DNA of 63,699 nucleotides, counting the filler, from Octopus bimaculoides (taxonomy: Eukaryota): the NCBI RefSeq assembly GCF_001194135.2. It is 4 parts of 4 records of this genome, joined end to end, with 100 filler letters (N's around TTAATTAATTAA, not from the genome) between each part and the next. Parts side by side here need not be neighbours in the genome. Positions count along the whole stretch, not along the records: positions 1 to 26,524 come from NC_068983.1; 3 more parts are not named here. One strand, given 5' to 3'. Every line of letters starts with the position of its first letter. Positions within the stretch are counted from its first letter, which is position 1. The translations under genes and the position numbers were made by a program. A model generated the notes under the pieces. The model saw nothing but the letters and a program-made list of their open reading frames with translations, searched no databases and was not told where the DNA came from. Of the stretch, positions 12,735 to 25,914 are shown piece by piece.

Positions 12735-14555
12735 ATTACCAGTTCTTTCATATTTTCCACTTGAAACTACTTTTCTAAGAAATTCATTATCATTTTTAAT
12801 TTTCTCAAAAATTCTGAGCAGTTTAGTAGAACGTTAATTTTAGTCATCAGAAGACCTTTGACTATAGTTTCTGCCATACATCTAACCTCACATTATTTAT
12901 TACAGAAAACACTTGTTCAACTGGTGTAGAAGTAACAGGAAGACAAAGAATGTATTCTACTACAGTACTAAGATTTTTTACTAAAATGAAAGAAGTATCA
13001 GTTGAGCACTGGGGACTATGTAATCTACTTACCTCTCCCACGAAATTGTTGCTTTCCAATCTTTGGTTGATCTTAACTGCAGCTCACTGCTGAATACTGG
13101 ACGAAAATGTCTTCAGAATTTAACAACACAGTCTTCCACCTGTTTAAAATTTCCTTTCCATAGCTCTAGGTACGAAAGACATCTTTCATAAAAAATTTAA
13201 AATTCTGTCTTCACCCTTTCAGTGCTTTCATCATTTCTCAGCAAGGCCTTTGAATGTTGAGACATAAATTCACCGTTTTTGCCTTTCTTCTATATTTATA
13301 ATCTGATTTTGCATTTCTAGTTTGATAACGGTTGCGTTGGAATTGCCTTTCTCCATGGCCAGAATCGATTTGTTGAAACGGTTAAGCTGTCCATTTACAA
13401 ACCATAAATATATTTCTCCAAAATCCTTTTCAAAGAATTGTTTTATCAGTTTTGAGCAGTGTTCTTGGGAATGAGAGTAAGATTTTATGCCTGCAAAAAT
13501 ATTAAGAATTCTTTCAACTGCTGGTAGCATTAAAAAGATTTGGTATCACTATGTAATAGCTTTCTGTATTCTACTCCAGCAAAATGACAAAATTGTCTTA
13601 GCTGTGTTACACGAACTGTGTATATGTGAAAATATTTGGAAGTTTTCACAATTAGTGCTTTGATATCAGTTAGTAATATATCAAAAGCAGTCTGAAGACA
13701 GCTGTGCGCAATGCGTGCAGCTTGTCCAATGCAGACAAGGCCCCTTTCAAGTTGGGTTTTTAATCGGTTAAATATGTTGCTCTTGCCTTTTTGTTGTACA
13801 CCACCAAAATTTGTGTTGCTATGGTTTCCACAAAAATCCAATGACTTTTCTATCAACCGATGATTGTCAATAGCCGACACTAAGGCATTAGTCAAGATCT
13901 CAGCCGTCTCAACTGAAACAGTTTGAATATCCAAAAATTTGACTCGTACCTTTAACCGAGAATGTAATATCGAATAATGAAAAATATATTAACATCTTTT
14001 CAGTTCGAAGTATCCATAGAAATTGTCACAAAATTTAACCCAGCTAGGTCTTTAGAAGCTCGGATTTAGCCGTTGGGGTAAATATATTTAAAATAACGCA
14101 AGACGAAAGTTTGGCTCAAAATGTTTTGAGACCAACTTTAATGAACAGTCGGATGTCTTGAAGCTCAATTTATGAGAAATAACATGAATAGCAAAAGTGG
14201 CTTCCCGAGCGGCAGAGAGACGCTTCAATTCGATTATTTCTGACTTTTTATGAGTTTCTGAAAGTGATAAGCTAGCAAGAAAACTAGTTTTGCGCCTTTG
14301 AGGTTTCAAATGATCTTTGATAAAAGATTTGCCTCTATGCGCCACAGAGAACTCTGCAAACAATGATCACATTTTACTCTGCTACCACAAAGTTTGTTTT
14401 AGTTCTTGAGTTCTTTCGCAAAATATAAACACTCTTTTAGGCATTGTAAAAATAAAGAAAAATTTTTTATGGGAAATATGCAAGAGATATCAAAGTAAAA
14501 TGAAATATGTAATGTGTATAGTTATTCGGTTTAATCTGGGACGCGCCAACACTAG
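12735..14555 (-). mobile_element. hAT-superfamily DNA transposon, transposase pseudogene
   Basis: Consecutive minus ORF pieces 14088-14363 (BED-like ..KDHLK..), 13530-13934 (GQAARIAHSCLQTAFD...KYFHIYTVRVTQLRQFC), 13270-13530 (LPAVERILNIF...YLWFVNGQL) and 12862-13059 (ILCLPVTSTPVEQVFS, hAT dimerisation motif). TIR-like TGGGACGCGCCAACACTA at about 14537-14553; the opposite TIR was not found. Confidence 0.85.
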
Positions 14556-14790
14556 GAGATATTCGCGCAGTCAATAATATAGTAAGAAAAACAGCGATCG
14601 AATTGCTTATTCATGAAACAAGGTAAATCCCAAAGTCCATTGTGTATGCACAGCCAAAACTGCCGATGTGAATATTCGCAGGAGAGGTGTATGTTTACAT
14701 AAATATGTGATCTGAAGGAATTTAATCTGCTCATTTTGAAAGGTCGTGCTGCGTATACATATTTACCGTTATTGTTATACATCAAAGGAA

Positions 14791-15000
14791 GGCGGCGAAG
14801 TGGCAGAATCATTAGCACGCAGGACAAAATACTTTGTGGCATTTCTTCCGGTTTTACGATCTGAGTTTACATTCCTTTGTACTGAGGTCGACTTTGCATT
14901 TCATCCTTGCGGATTCGATAAAATAAGTTCCACTTAAACACTGGGGTGAATGTGATCGATTTTCCCCCCTCCCATAAAATTTTCTGGTTTTGTACCAAAT
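14791..15000 (+). mobile_element. SINE family A
   Basis: GGCGGCGAAGTGGCAGAATCATTAGCACG...GAGGTCGACTTTGCATTTCATCC. Confidence 0.85.
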
Positions 15001-15689
15001 TTAGAAAGAGTTGTTATACGTTAAGTGAAGTGAAAGAGCAACGTGCGAGAATCGAAACCCTGTTACTGGCACGTACTGCATGACACTCGACAAAAAGTGG
15101 GTGAACAGGATGCTGAATTAGTTTTGTTTATTTCTTGTATATTACTCTAGAAGAATAACGAGCAAACACATGAACATTAATAGGATTTGAACTTGAAAAC
15201 GTTTGTGTCACTCGTCTAAATATATGTGTTTCAGTGAAGAATCGTAAGCTTTCTTTTACACCTGGTGCCAGTTCTCTACCTCTCTGTGTCAGCTCGACGA
15301 CCCTTGAGACATAGCGTTATAAATGGCTTTCTAAATGAGTTTCACAAACGACACTGTATGGCCTCGTTATCTCTGAAAACAAAGTAACTAATTATTAAAA
15401 TTACTTTTCGCATCATTGCCGAGAAAATTCTGGTAAACCAAAACGAAGTAAAAGAAGCAGTACCAATAGTTTTACAGAGTAATTAAATTCTTCCTTTCGG
15501 TCGTTTCATCTGAAGTCTGCAGGTTCAGATGTTATTATTTATTTCTATTATTCCTCTAAATTTGGTTGTATTTCTTCTACGTTTTCTGAGGCTGTTATTG
15601 TTTTTCATTTTATTTTATTGCTTGTTGCTTCTGTTGTTTTTTTTCTCATTTCTTCTGTTCTTTTAATTTTCGTTGTTCTTATTGTTGTG

Positions 15690-15770
<81 letters not shown>
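15690..15770. repeat. (TAC)n microsatellite
   Basis: Direct sequence; source of the poly-Y ORF 15618-15809. Confidence 0.95.
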
Positions 15771-15772
<2 letters not shown>

Positions 15773-15949
15773 TTCATCTTCCGCCGTCTTCATATTATTT
15801 ACGATTTGAATAGAAATGTCACCTTTCATCCTTCCAGAGTAGATAAAATAAAAACTAGGCAAATATTCTAATTGAACCAATCGGTTAAAGTCCTTGCCTG
15901 ACCCCAGAATGCGTGGCTTTATGCCAACGTCAGAAATCGTAGAGTAAAT

Positions 15950-16345
15950 AATGGCGTCAAATTTTGGCGCAAAGCCAGCATTTTTAGGGGAAAGGGGTTA
16001 GTCGATAACATCTAACTCAGTATTTGTGATACTTTAGTCAGTCGATTCCGAAAGGATGAGACGCAAAGTTCACCTCAGCGGGATTTGAACTCAGAACGTA
16101 AAGAGCCGAATATATGTTGTTAAGTATTTTGCTCGACGTGCTAAGGATTCTGCCAGCTCGCCGCTTTATTTGTTTCAAATTTTGGACCAAAGCTAGTAAT
16201 CGACTCTAGTACTCGAATGGTTATTCTATTCCCCTCGACAGAATGAAAAGCAAAGTCCGCGGTAGGATTTGAACTCAGAGTGTAAAGAGCCGGAACAAAT
16301 GCTGCAAAGTAGTTTTTCTGGCGCTCTAACAATGTTCCTAGATAG
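15950..16345 (-). mobile_element. Two tandem SINE family A copies
   Basis: GGATTTGAACTCAGAACGTAAAGAGCCG and GATTCTGCCAGCTCGCCGC; second copy GATTTGAACTCAGAGTGTAAAGAGCCG at about 16266. Confidence 0.85.
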
Positions 16346-16419
16346 CAGCAATAATAGAAATAACATTCTGGTTATCACGATCGCCAGATGCACCTCAGTA
16401 GGCGCCTTTCGCCTTCTCA

Positions 16420-16893
16420 ACTCCTCCGGTTTACAAACGAAAGTGCAGAGTAGGCCCATTTAAATTGGCCATCCTCTCCACACGCACCCACCTTTCAACA
16501 AATTTACTGGGTGTGGGGGAAAAACTTCCCTCTCTACTCTCACTTTCCTTTTCAAGTGGAACTCGAAAAAGTCAATGAGGGCTTGACCGAAGAGGAGAGT
16601 ATGTCTTCAGTCCTTTCAATCTTGTCCACCACACTACCTCCTTCGCCATAGCCACCAGACAGAGGAAAACTGCCTTTCCTTCCTGACCAAAGGAAAACAG
16701 TGGGGTGATCTTCACGATGGACTCGGCTGATAACCGGATCCGTCCTACACGTGATAACAACTGTTCCTCAAAGCTCCACAAGTCAGTAATGAACGGACAC
16801 TGGATGAGTGCATGCAGGACGGTTTTGTCACCCTGCGAACTCCTCGGACAGGTCCGTCTGACAGCACTTACGTGTCTGTACAGCTTGTCTCGA
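16420..16893 (-). mobile_element. Tx1/L1-type LINE ORF2 C-terminal (zinc-binding) fragment; 5' part lost in gap
   Basis: RDKLYRH...RTCPRSSQGDKTVLHALIQCPFITDLWSF...LCLVAMAKEVVWWTR, a degenerate CxxC..ET..H....CP...W zf-RVT motif. Confidence 0.75.
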
Positions 16894-18194
16894 ANNNNNN
16901 NNNNNNNNNNNNNNNNNNNNNNNNNNNNNNNNNNNNNNNNNNNNNNNNNNNNNNNNNNNNNNNNNNNNNNNNNNNNNNNNNNNNNNNNNNNNNNNNNNNN
17001 NNNNNNNNNNNNNNNNNNNNNNNNNNNNNNNNNNNNNNNNNNNNNNNNNNNNNNNNNNNNNNNNNNNNNNNNNNNNNNNNNNNNNNNNNNNNNNNNNNNN
17101 NNNNNNNNNNNNNNNNNNNNNNNNNNNNNNNNNNNNNNNNNNNNNNNNNNNNNNNNNNNNNNNNNNNNNNNNNNNNNNNNNNNNNNNNNNNNNNNNNNNN
17201 NNNNNNNNNNNNNNNNNNNNNNNNNNNNNNNNNNNNNNNNNNNNNNNNNNNNNNNNNNNNNNNNNNNNNNNNNNNNNNNNNNNNNNNNNNNNNNNNNNNN
17301 NNNNNNNNNNNNNNNNNNNNNNNNNNNNNNNNNNNNNNNNNNNNNNNNNNNNNNNNNNNNNNNNNNNNNNNNNNNNNNNNNNNNNNNNNNNNNNNNNNNN
17401 NNNNNNNNNNNNNNNNNNNNNNNNNNNNNNNNNNNNNNNNNNNNNNNNNNNNNNNNNNNNNNNNNNNNNNNNNNNNNNNNNNNNNNNNNNNNNNNNNNNN
17501 NNNNNNNNNNNNNNNNNNNNNNNNNNNNNNNNNNNNNNNNNNNNNNNNNNNNNNNNNNNNNNNNNNNNNNNNNNNNNNNNNNNNNNNNNNNNNNNNNNNN
17601 NCAGCTTCCTCTTTGCCCATTGAAGAATTGATCAAGAGCCAATCTCGCAATGCCACCCCTAAGCGTCTCAATAATGATAATAATATTAAATGCCTGATGC
17701 AGTACCAGGTATTGGCTCTCATGGCTTTTGATCTTAACTGATTGGAAGTGTTATCATGTACATTGTTTTGTTTTGGTATAAAAGATGAACTACAGCAAAT
17801 ATTTTGCTCAATACCACATATTTGCTTGTCAGTTGTTTGACTTTAACCAGTTGAGCATGTCCCTGAGTGGCTGACGATATGTGCATCTCTGATCACAAGC
17901 AGAAGTAGTTGGGGAGCATCGTAGCCATGTGTTGAGAGGAATTTTTTGAGGTTTGAATAATTTACGTCTGGAAACATGTGTGTTTAGTTCATCACCCTTA
18001 AACAACTCTTTTTCAGTGACCTTTTAAGCAGGGTGGCTACTCAACTTGAAGAAAATTTTAACTGGGCCCCACTTGCATGTGCTTGGTGTACCCTTATCAG
18101 ACGGGTAGTCATGACGGGTATATTGGACTTCGTATATTTGACCCCAGTGTCACTTTGATGGCATGCACTGCTCTCTCAATAATAATTATAATAA

Positions 18195-18327
18195 TCCTGT
18201 CTACTAAAGGCACAAGGCCTGAAATTTTGGGGAAGGGGACTAGTCGATTACATCGACGCCAGTATTTCACTGGTACTTATTCTATCGAGCCCCCGAAAGG
18301 ATGTAAGTCAAAGCCGAACTCGGCGGA

Positions 18328-18329
<2 letters not shown>
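18195..18329 (-). mobile_element. SINE family A, head truncated at an (AAT)n tract
   Basis: CCCGAAAGGATGTAAGTCAAAGCCGAACTCGGCGGAATT is the reverse complement of the core. Confidence 0.75.

Positions 18330-18388
<59 letters not shown>
18330..18388. repeat. (AAT)n microsatellite
   Basis: Direct sequence. Confidence 0.95.
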
Positions 18389-18389
<1 letters not shown>

Positions 18390-18390
<1 letters not shown>

Positions 18391-18800
18391 CATGAAGAAC
18401 GGCAGTAGCCCAACATGTGTATGTAAACAACAAAATAAAACCATTGACCATGTCTCTATGTGCTGTCTTCTTGCACCTACAGAGTATCTCAACAGGCATG
18501 ATAGAGCAGCACAATACTCACTGTCCCGTGATAAAAACTGGTAGGAACACAAATGACCTCAGTTTAAACTGACAGATAGATAGATGCGAATAGGCCGGGC
18601 TGATTGCTACCCAGCTCAGATACTAGGAAACCTCAAAATGGCAGAAATTCAAAAGTTAGTGCTCATGGGAACTGCCCATATCCTACGTAAAATACTATCC
18701 ATGTAATCTCAAAGTTTAAAACAAACTTATTATTTTCTTATGTTTTCTTAAACATTCTCTTGAACAATACTACGTGCAAAAACCAAATATATGACACCCT
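18390..18800 (+). mobile_element. R4/Dong-type LINE 3' fragment
   Basis: TCVCKQQNKTIDHVSMCCLLAPTEYLNRHDRAAQY (zinc knuckle plus RHD), DANRP, and terminal QKLVLMGTAHILRKILSM* typical of R4/Dong ORF ends. Confidence 0.75.
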
Positions 18801-20097
18801 AAACACACAGACACACATACACATATCTAACGAAAAAGTATTTCGAAATTCTCCACGTTAGATAATATTGAAAATAGAGGAGAAATGCACTGAAGTGTTT
18901 ATAAAACTTTATGATGGAAATGGCATGTTCATATAATCCACCGGTTTCACGTTTTAAAATATATTCTTAATTAATGACGTCGTCCGGAACAAGTTATTAC
19001 TTACATTAGGTTTCCAGATGCAGAAATAAAATTATCATTTTGAAACACTGTGTTTGTTTAAAACAAACTTCCGAACTTTCGGAGATGTTAAACATATTCT
19101 TCAGCTGGATCGCTCATGATGTTTAACTCTTAGCACTGTTGTTGTTGTATATAATTTGGCATTAGCTAAAAATTCCTTTCATGATTGTAGTTATCTTTTG
19201 CTTTGTATGTGTTTCTAGAATCTGATTTATCTTGGCGTCCTTTTTAGTATCTTACATTTTAAAGAATAGTATATAGGCCTCGTTGTTTCTTTGAATGTGA
19301 GAAGAGACATATGGTAACATTTTCATTTCAGGTGTGTTGTTTTGTTTTGCTTGCTTTCGTATCTGGACACCAAGTTATATCCTATCATCTATTAAGGATG
19401 GTGAATGATATACATGTATCTTTAAGTTCTTGAAATTGTTTATCGTGTGTGTTTGAATCGAACCCAGTAAGCATGTGCATAATCTAATTTATATAATTAC
19501 TTTCTCGGAACGTGAAGGGAACAATATAAGACGAAATGAAATGACATTAAAAAACGAATGCATTAAGAGTAAATTCGATTTCCTGACTACTGAGAATTAT
19601 CTTTTAATGAATATATTGATACATATCTGCTGGCAACAGTCAAATGAATTTAAAAAAATTTCTTTTTTATCAATATAGTGACGGAACATCTGAAAAACGA
19701 CAAATAAATATAGAGTCTAAATTCATTGAAAAATATTGACCACGCTTAAATATGCACAATTATATTTATTACTGTTATTAAATGAATAACATTAATATTC
19801 TACTTTATTACCTCCCACTTACTACCGTAACTTTTAACGCCATGCATTTGTAACTTCCGTTGTTTATTGTCAACATCTACTTATAAAATTATAAAATAAT
19901 AACTACGTTTCAAACAACAGCTAGTTATCAAATTATGAAATTATAGCGTTATAAATTATAACATCCATTAAGTCTAGAACATCCTTAAAGATGTGAAACC
20001 GATGATTACATTTCCATCAATGTTTTATCATAAAGATTGCAGCACATTTTCTTTTCTATTTCCAATATACATACATACATACATACATACATACATA

Positions 20098-20298
20098 GGA
20101 TCTATTTTAAAACGGGGGCCACATTTTTCATTAATGTTTTACGTAGTGTTTTTGGTACGGAAAGACTTTCAAACTTCGTATACTTATCTATTTTGTATTA
20201 TAGAACAGAAAAATATTTTTGTATTCGAATTTATTTTATGTAAAAAATTGTCTTATTTCGATAATTTCAACCAATCACTGACAAGTATTCTGTTGTTT
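20098..20298 (+). mobile_element. Tc1/mariner-like non-autonomous element end
   Basis: GGATCTATTTTAAAACGGGGGCCACA...TTCAAACTTCGTATACTTATCTATTTTG is near-identical to 51590-51705; also contains TTTCAACCAATCACTGAC. Confidence 0.65.
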
Positions 20299-20709
20299 NN
20301 NNNNNNNNNNNNNNNNNNNNNNNNNNNNNNNNNNNNNNNNNNNNNNNNNNNNNNNNNNNNNNNNNNNNNNNNNNNNNNNNNNNNNNNNNNNNNNNNNNNN
20401 NNNNNNNNNNNNNNNNNNNNNNNNNNNNNNNNNNNNNNNNNNNNNNNNNNNNNNNNNNNNNNNNNNNNNNNNNNNNNNNNNNNNNNNNNNNNNNNNNNNN
20501 NNNNNNNNNNNNNNNNNNNNNNNNNNNNNNNNNNNNNNNNNNNNNNNNNNNNNNNNNNNNNNNNNNNNNNNNNNNNNNNNNNNNNNNNNNNNNNNNNNNN
20601 NNNNNNNNNNNNNNNNNNNNNNNNNNNNNNNNNNNNNNNNNNNNNNNNNNNNNNNNNNNNNNNNNNNNNNNNNNNNNNNNNNNNNNTATATATGTATATA
20701 TATATTAGA

Positions 20710-20750
<41 letters not shown>

Positions 20751-21134
20751 AATAAGGTACTCAGAGACTGGTTGGTTGTACATTTACAGATTTTTATTAA
20801 TATGTCACATGTTTTTTAAAAGCGCTTGCATTAGAGCAGATGCAAGCTCTAATATATGATTTATAAAAACGTGACATATTAATAATAATCTGTAAATGTA
20901 CAACCATCCAGATCTCTGAGTACCTTATTTCTTTGTAATATATAATACCTGTACATACCTCCAAACCTTCTAATATATATATATATACATGTTGTTATTT
21001 TCTTGTTGTTTGTATTTCTAATTGAGTAACGTTTTCTCCGTATTTTTTGTTGTTGGTTTGTCTTTGTTGTCGTACACATTCGCTTGCTATCTCCCAAAAT
21101 ATTTAATGAGCTTAGCTTACATTTTTGGGGCAAG

Positions 21135-21185
21135 CCAGATTTGAACAGTCAAGTGTAACCGGCCGAAACTGTAAGGATAATCTGG
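21135..21185 (+). ncRNA. Decayed type I hammerhead-like motif
   Basis: Perfect stem I CCAGAT/ATCTGG closes TTGAACA (cf. CUGANGA, two changes) ... GGCC GAAA ... TA. Stems II and III are imperfect. Confidence 0.35.
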
Positions 21186-21380
21186 AAACTTGACTGATGA
21201 GAGAAGGTCACGAATGGCCCGTCCTTGTTTTGTCCTGTCCGTCTATTTGTTGTTTTTCGTGTCCGTCTTCGTATCGTCTATCTGTTCAGATGTTTTATTG
21301 TCGCTTGTTGCATTCTTGTTCCATTTTTTGGGATTTATATATACATATAGCGGCGTACGTACATTTTGATCACCTTGTAA

Positions 21381-21428
<48 letters not shown>

Positions 21429-21466
21429 NNNNNNNNNNNNNNNNNATATATATGTGTGTGTGTGTG

Positions 21467-21536
<70 letters not shown>

Positions 21537-22449
21537 CACATATATATACAGCTAGGTTGACAAACAGATAAATAGATGACTAAACAGATATATAAATAGA
21601 TAATTAGAGACCTAGATAACTATGTATAACTAAATAAGTAGACATCAGTTAAAACTTTCTTTTAAGGAAAAGAAGTCACTCGTTATTATCACAAAGAATG
21701 CTTCAGACACAGAGAATCCAAAAATGACAAACAAATACTTGAGGAAAATGATAGGGGTAGCATTAAAAGGTTGCGGTTTGAAAGTAGAACATATTTGAAC
21801 TGTGTTGATTGGAATTTGCTCAAATTTACGAGGCACTAAATTTAGAAACATCTAAATTTCATTATTGGTCAACCTGAACGATAAGAAAATATACACATGC
21901 ATATGTACTCAGATATGTATACATATGTCTATGTATGTATGTATGTATGTATGTATGTATGTATGTATGTATGTATGTATGCATGTGTGTATGTATGTAT
22001 GTATTCAAGTATATGTATGTGTATATATATATATATATATATATAAATATATGTATGGATATATGTTTATATGTATGTGTGAATGAACGTATGTATATTA
22101 TATACACACACATATAAACACATTGATGCATGCACGCACTCATACCTGCGCGCACGCGCACACACACACACGTATCTATACATCTAGTCTTGTACTTTTG
22201 TTGTTCTTGTACTGTTCGAATTTACTTTTTGCTATATACATATGCTTACAAGTACACACGGAGTTACTTACACANNNNNNNNNNTATATATATATATATA
22301 TATATTTATATATACACAAATACGTACGCTCACATATAGATGTATGTTGTCTTCCAGTTTTAATTATTTGAAATCTTCTGTAAGGAAGGAGTTGGTTTCT
22401 AACAAGATATAAGACTCCATCGTTGGAATGTGGATAAGCAAAACACATT

Positions 22450-23040
22450 AACATTTTGAACTTGATAAAGTCGTGCATATTTTTACTATTCCGCTTACAG
22501 ATTGTATTTGTAATGTGCAAATTAGCTGGGTGATTTCTTTTTGTGAAAACCCTAGCTTATCCAGATTGTCCCTTCGGTATTTACTGACAAAATTAAGTGC
22601 ACCAATTATTATTAGTGTGAAAGTGACTTTATAATCTAGGTATAAAAGCTTGTGGCTTCCATGTAGTTGTCCGTAGTCTTCTCCTTTCTCTTTGATTTTT
22701 AAAGAGATATTCACATCAGCTGGGGCAGCCGACATTTATGATGATACATACTTTTCCTTGTCTGACAAAAATAATATCCGGCTGTTATGTTTACAATTGA
22801 TAGAAGTTTTGATGGGAATGTTCCACTAATATTCCTTGTGTTGAAGTTTATGCATGTATTCAATAACAGGAGTAATCTCTACAATTATTACAGAACAGTC
22901 TTTTCATTAGATTGCATTGTATAGTATTTTAGTGACAACGTCATGTCGTATAGGGAGGTGGTACCGTGGTGACACTTTTGGGCAGCTATTTATTGATCAC
23001 GTATGGTGCCTTCCACAGAAATGTGACATAACCTGAGGGC
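22450..23040 (-). mobile_element. Restriction-like-endonuclease LINE (R4/Dong-like) 3' end
   Basis: Minus translation INSCPKVSPRYHLPIRHDVVTKILYNAI...WNIPIKTSINCKHNSRILFLSDKEK...PADVNISLKIKEKGEDYGQL...IIIGALNFVS gives a zinc knuckle, RHD and a decayed PD..D/E..K..Y RLE domain. Confidence 0.75.
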
Positions 23041-23869
23041 CTCAAGGACTTTATATACATACACATACATATGTATGATTATCTGTTTCTCTTTTTGATT
23101 CCTCACTACTTTCTCTCTCTTACAACCTTATTTCATCTTCCTGCTAATTGTCACGAATGCTCTCTTTCTCTTTCTCTTTCTCTCTCTCTTGCTTTCTGTT
23201 CTCTCTCTCTCTCTTAGTGCTTACATCTCCTCATAAAAATTTGCGAGCGTCGTCGATATCGTCAGGAAACACGAGCAGCAGAAGAAAAAAGGAAAAAAAG
23301 AAGAGAGAAAAAGAAAAATTAAATTATAAAAAAGAAGGTAGGAATGGAGAAGGGGAAATATGTACTGGACATTATTATTTTTCATCTTCCCCTATTTGTC
23401 TCTCCAACGGCTTTACTTTCATCATCTCTCCTCCTGTCTCTCAACGATTACTGATAATCGTAAAAATTTTCCAGTATCTTCGAAGGTTTGACACGAAAAG
23501 TCATTCTATTTATAAAAAATGTCTCTAAAACAATCTTTTAGTTACTCTTTGTTTACATTTTCTCATGCGCTCTGTCACTTCTTGCATTTCTTGAAATCAA
23601 ATTTTTACAATTTTTCTCTTAACTTATAACCACGAAGAACCACGAAGCAATACCAGATAATGATAATTTCATCCAACAACATCAACGTTCTGTAGCTTCT
23701 TGCTTACTTTTTTTTTATGAAAGTTTTTTTTTCCTCCGTAGTGTTTCAGGAAAAAAAAAATGATGCTTGCTTACAATTGCTTTGAAAAATTTGTTTTCAT
23801 CAATAATGTCACAGAAACATACAAAACATTTTCTGCTGCCAAACGCGTGTTCTGACGGTAGCAGAAACA

Positions 23870-24480
23870 GATAAATTGCGTTAACAAAAACTGCAAGTTA
23901 GTACTTCCAGAAATGTAACTCGCAGTAAACTTGAGGCTGATAATGAATGTGACACTCACCGTAAACTTAATGCCACCAGACAGGCTACCCATAGACAACT
24001 GGAGACACCTGATGAACTATAAGTTCGTCTTCAACATAATAATGCTAGATAAACTGCACATAGACACCATGAAATCTCACAACAGCTTCAAGCTAATGAA
24101 AAATCTCAAAGAGCAAGACAAGTAAAGATTTGATCCCGGCCATACACACATGAACCGTAGAAAAGATCTGCCTTAAACTAAGATCTTGGACATTGACTCT
24201 TCTTTTGAAAAAAAAGTCATTTCAGTTGGTATTTTGTCAAAAATTTGCAACTAGAGCTTGTCCAAGATCTGGAAACTAAGGACAAATGAAATGTGTTGTT
24301 TCAATGGAAATGTAATCTACCAGTTTCTGCGGATCAACCGGAATTCCCAAACCAGATTCTTATTGCCACTACTGAAGAACGTCAGAAAACATAACTCTGC
24401 TTTGCAAATGACTTCTTTTGGAGCCAACACCATAGGAGAAGGGGAATCCACAAGACTTTGTACCAAACTTTGGCATTGAA
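23870..24480 (+). mobile_element. Helitron Rep N-terminal remnant
   Basis: ETPDEL*VRLQ (ETxE..RL repeats), MCCFNGNV and LLKNVRKHNSALQMTSFGA (cf. NIRxYNSAFxxTSFGA). Confidence 0.75.
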
Positions 24481-24740
24481 AGTTATTCAAACTGCAGAAC
24501 GGGGCGTCACTGCATAGTGCCAAGGATCCCAGCATCGCCATCAAAATACAGGACCAGATACTGCAACAGCTTGGGCTTCAAGAGTCCACAGCTCTTTAAT
24601 ATCCTTCCAAAATGCATGGTGTGGATGTGTCTTTAAAGCAAAACTGGATATATTTCTTTTACGGGTTCCAGACGAGCCTACCTCACGGCAGGAAACACAG
24701 ATAAGGGCAGCAGCATCAAACTCCCTCATTAATCAAATGC
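24480..24740 (-). mobile_element. Possible L1/Tx1 C-terminal zinc-finger fragment
   Basis: ICVSCREVGSSGTRKRNISS...HAFWKDIKELW; weak similarity only. Confidence 0.25.
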
Positions 24741-25869
24741 CACATATTAGAGGAGGTTCCAAATAATGGTGTAGATCAGTCAATGGTGGTGCTCCAGCAT
24801 GACCGCAGCTTTGCAGCTGAGACCTTTTTAAAATATTAAAAATATTTAAAAATATTTAAAATTAAAATATGTAAAATATTTAAAATATTTAATTATATAT
24901 ATAATTATAACAAGATATTGGCTTTACNNNNNNNNNNNNNNNNNNNNNNNNNNNNNNNNNNNNNNNNNNNNNNNNNNNNNNNNNNNNNNNNNNNNNNNNN
25001 NNNNNNNNNNNNNNNNNNNNNNNNNNNNNNNNNNNNNNNNNNNNNNNNNNNNNNNNNNNNNNNNNNNNNNNNNNNNNNNNNNNNNNNNNNNNNNNNNNNN
25101 NNNNNNNNNNNNNNNNNNNNNNNNNNNNNNNNNNNNNNNNNNNNNNNNNNNNNNNNNNNNNNNNNNNNNNNNNNNNNNNNNNNNNNNNNNNNNNNNNNNN
25201 NNNNNNNNNNNNNNNNNNNNNNNNNNNNNNNNNNNNNNNNNNNNNNNNNNNNNNNNNNNNNNNNNNNNNNNNNNNNNNNNNNNNNNNNNNNNNNNNNNNN
25301 NNNNNNNNNNNNNNNNNNNNNNNNNNNNNNNNNNNNNNNNNNNNNNNNNNNNNNNNNNNNNNNNNNNNNNNNNNNNNNNNNNNNNNNNNNNNNNNNNNNN
25401 NNNNNNNNNNNNNNNNNNNNNNNNNNNNNNNNNNNNNNNNNNNNNNNNNNNNNNNNNNNNNNNNNNNNNNNNNNNNNNNNNNNNNNNNNNNNNNNNNNNN
25501 NNNNNNNNNNNNNNNNNNNNNNNNNNNNNNNNNNNNNNNNNNNNNNNNNNNNNNNNNNNNNNNNNNNNNNNNNNNNNNNNNNNNNNNNNNNNNNNNNNNN
25601 NNNNNNNNNNNNNNNNNNNNNNNNNNNNNNNNNNNNNNNNNNNNNNNNNNNNNNNNNNNNNNNNNNNNNNNNNNNNNNNNNNNNNNNNNNNNNNNNNNNN
25701 NNNNNNNNNNNNNNNNNNNNNNNNNNNNNNNNNNNNNNNNNNNNNNNNNNNNNNNNNNNNNNNNNNNNNNNNNNNNNNNNNNNNNNNNNNNNNNNNNNNN
25801 NNNNNNNNNNNNNNNNNNNNNNNNNNNNNNNNNNNNNNNNNNNNNNNNNNNNNNNNNNNNNNNNNNNNN

Positions 25870-25914
<45 letters not shown>

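Noticed and set aside
15250-15367. Good minus-strand acceptor ttactttgttttcAG at about 15367
   Set aside because: All three frames stop within 60 nt and there is no KASH-like terminal PPPx motif.
19003-19170. Minus-strand donor CTAAT|GTAAGT near 19003
   Set aside because: No acceptor gives an open frame of meaningful length.
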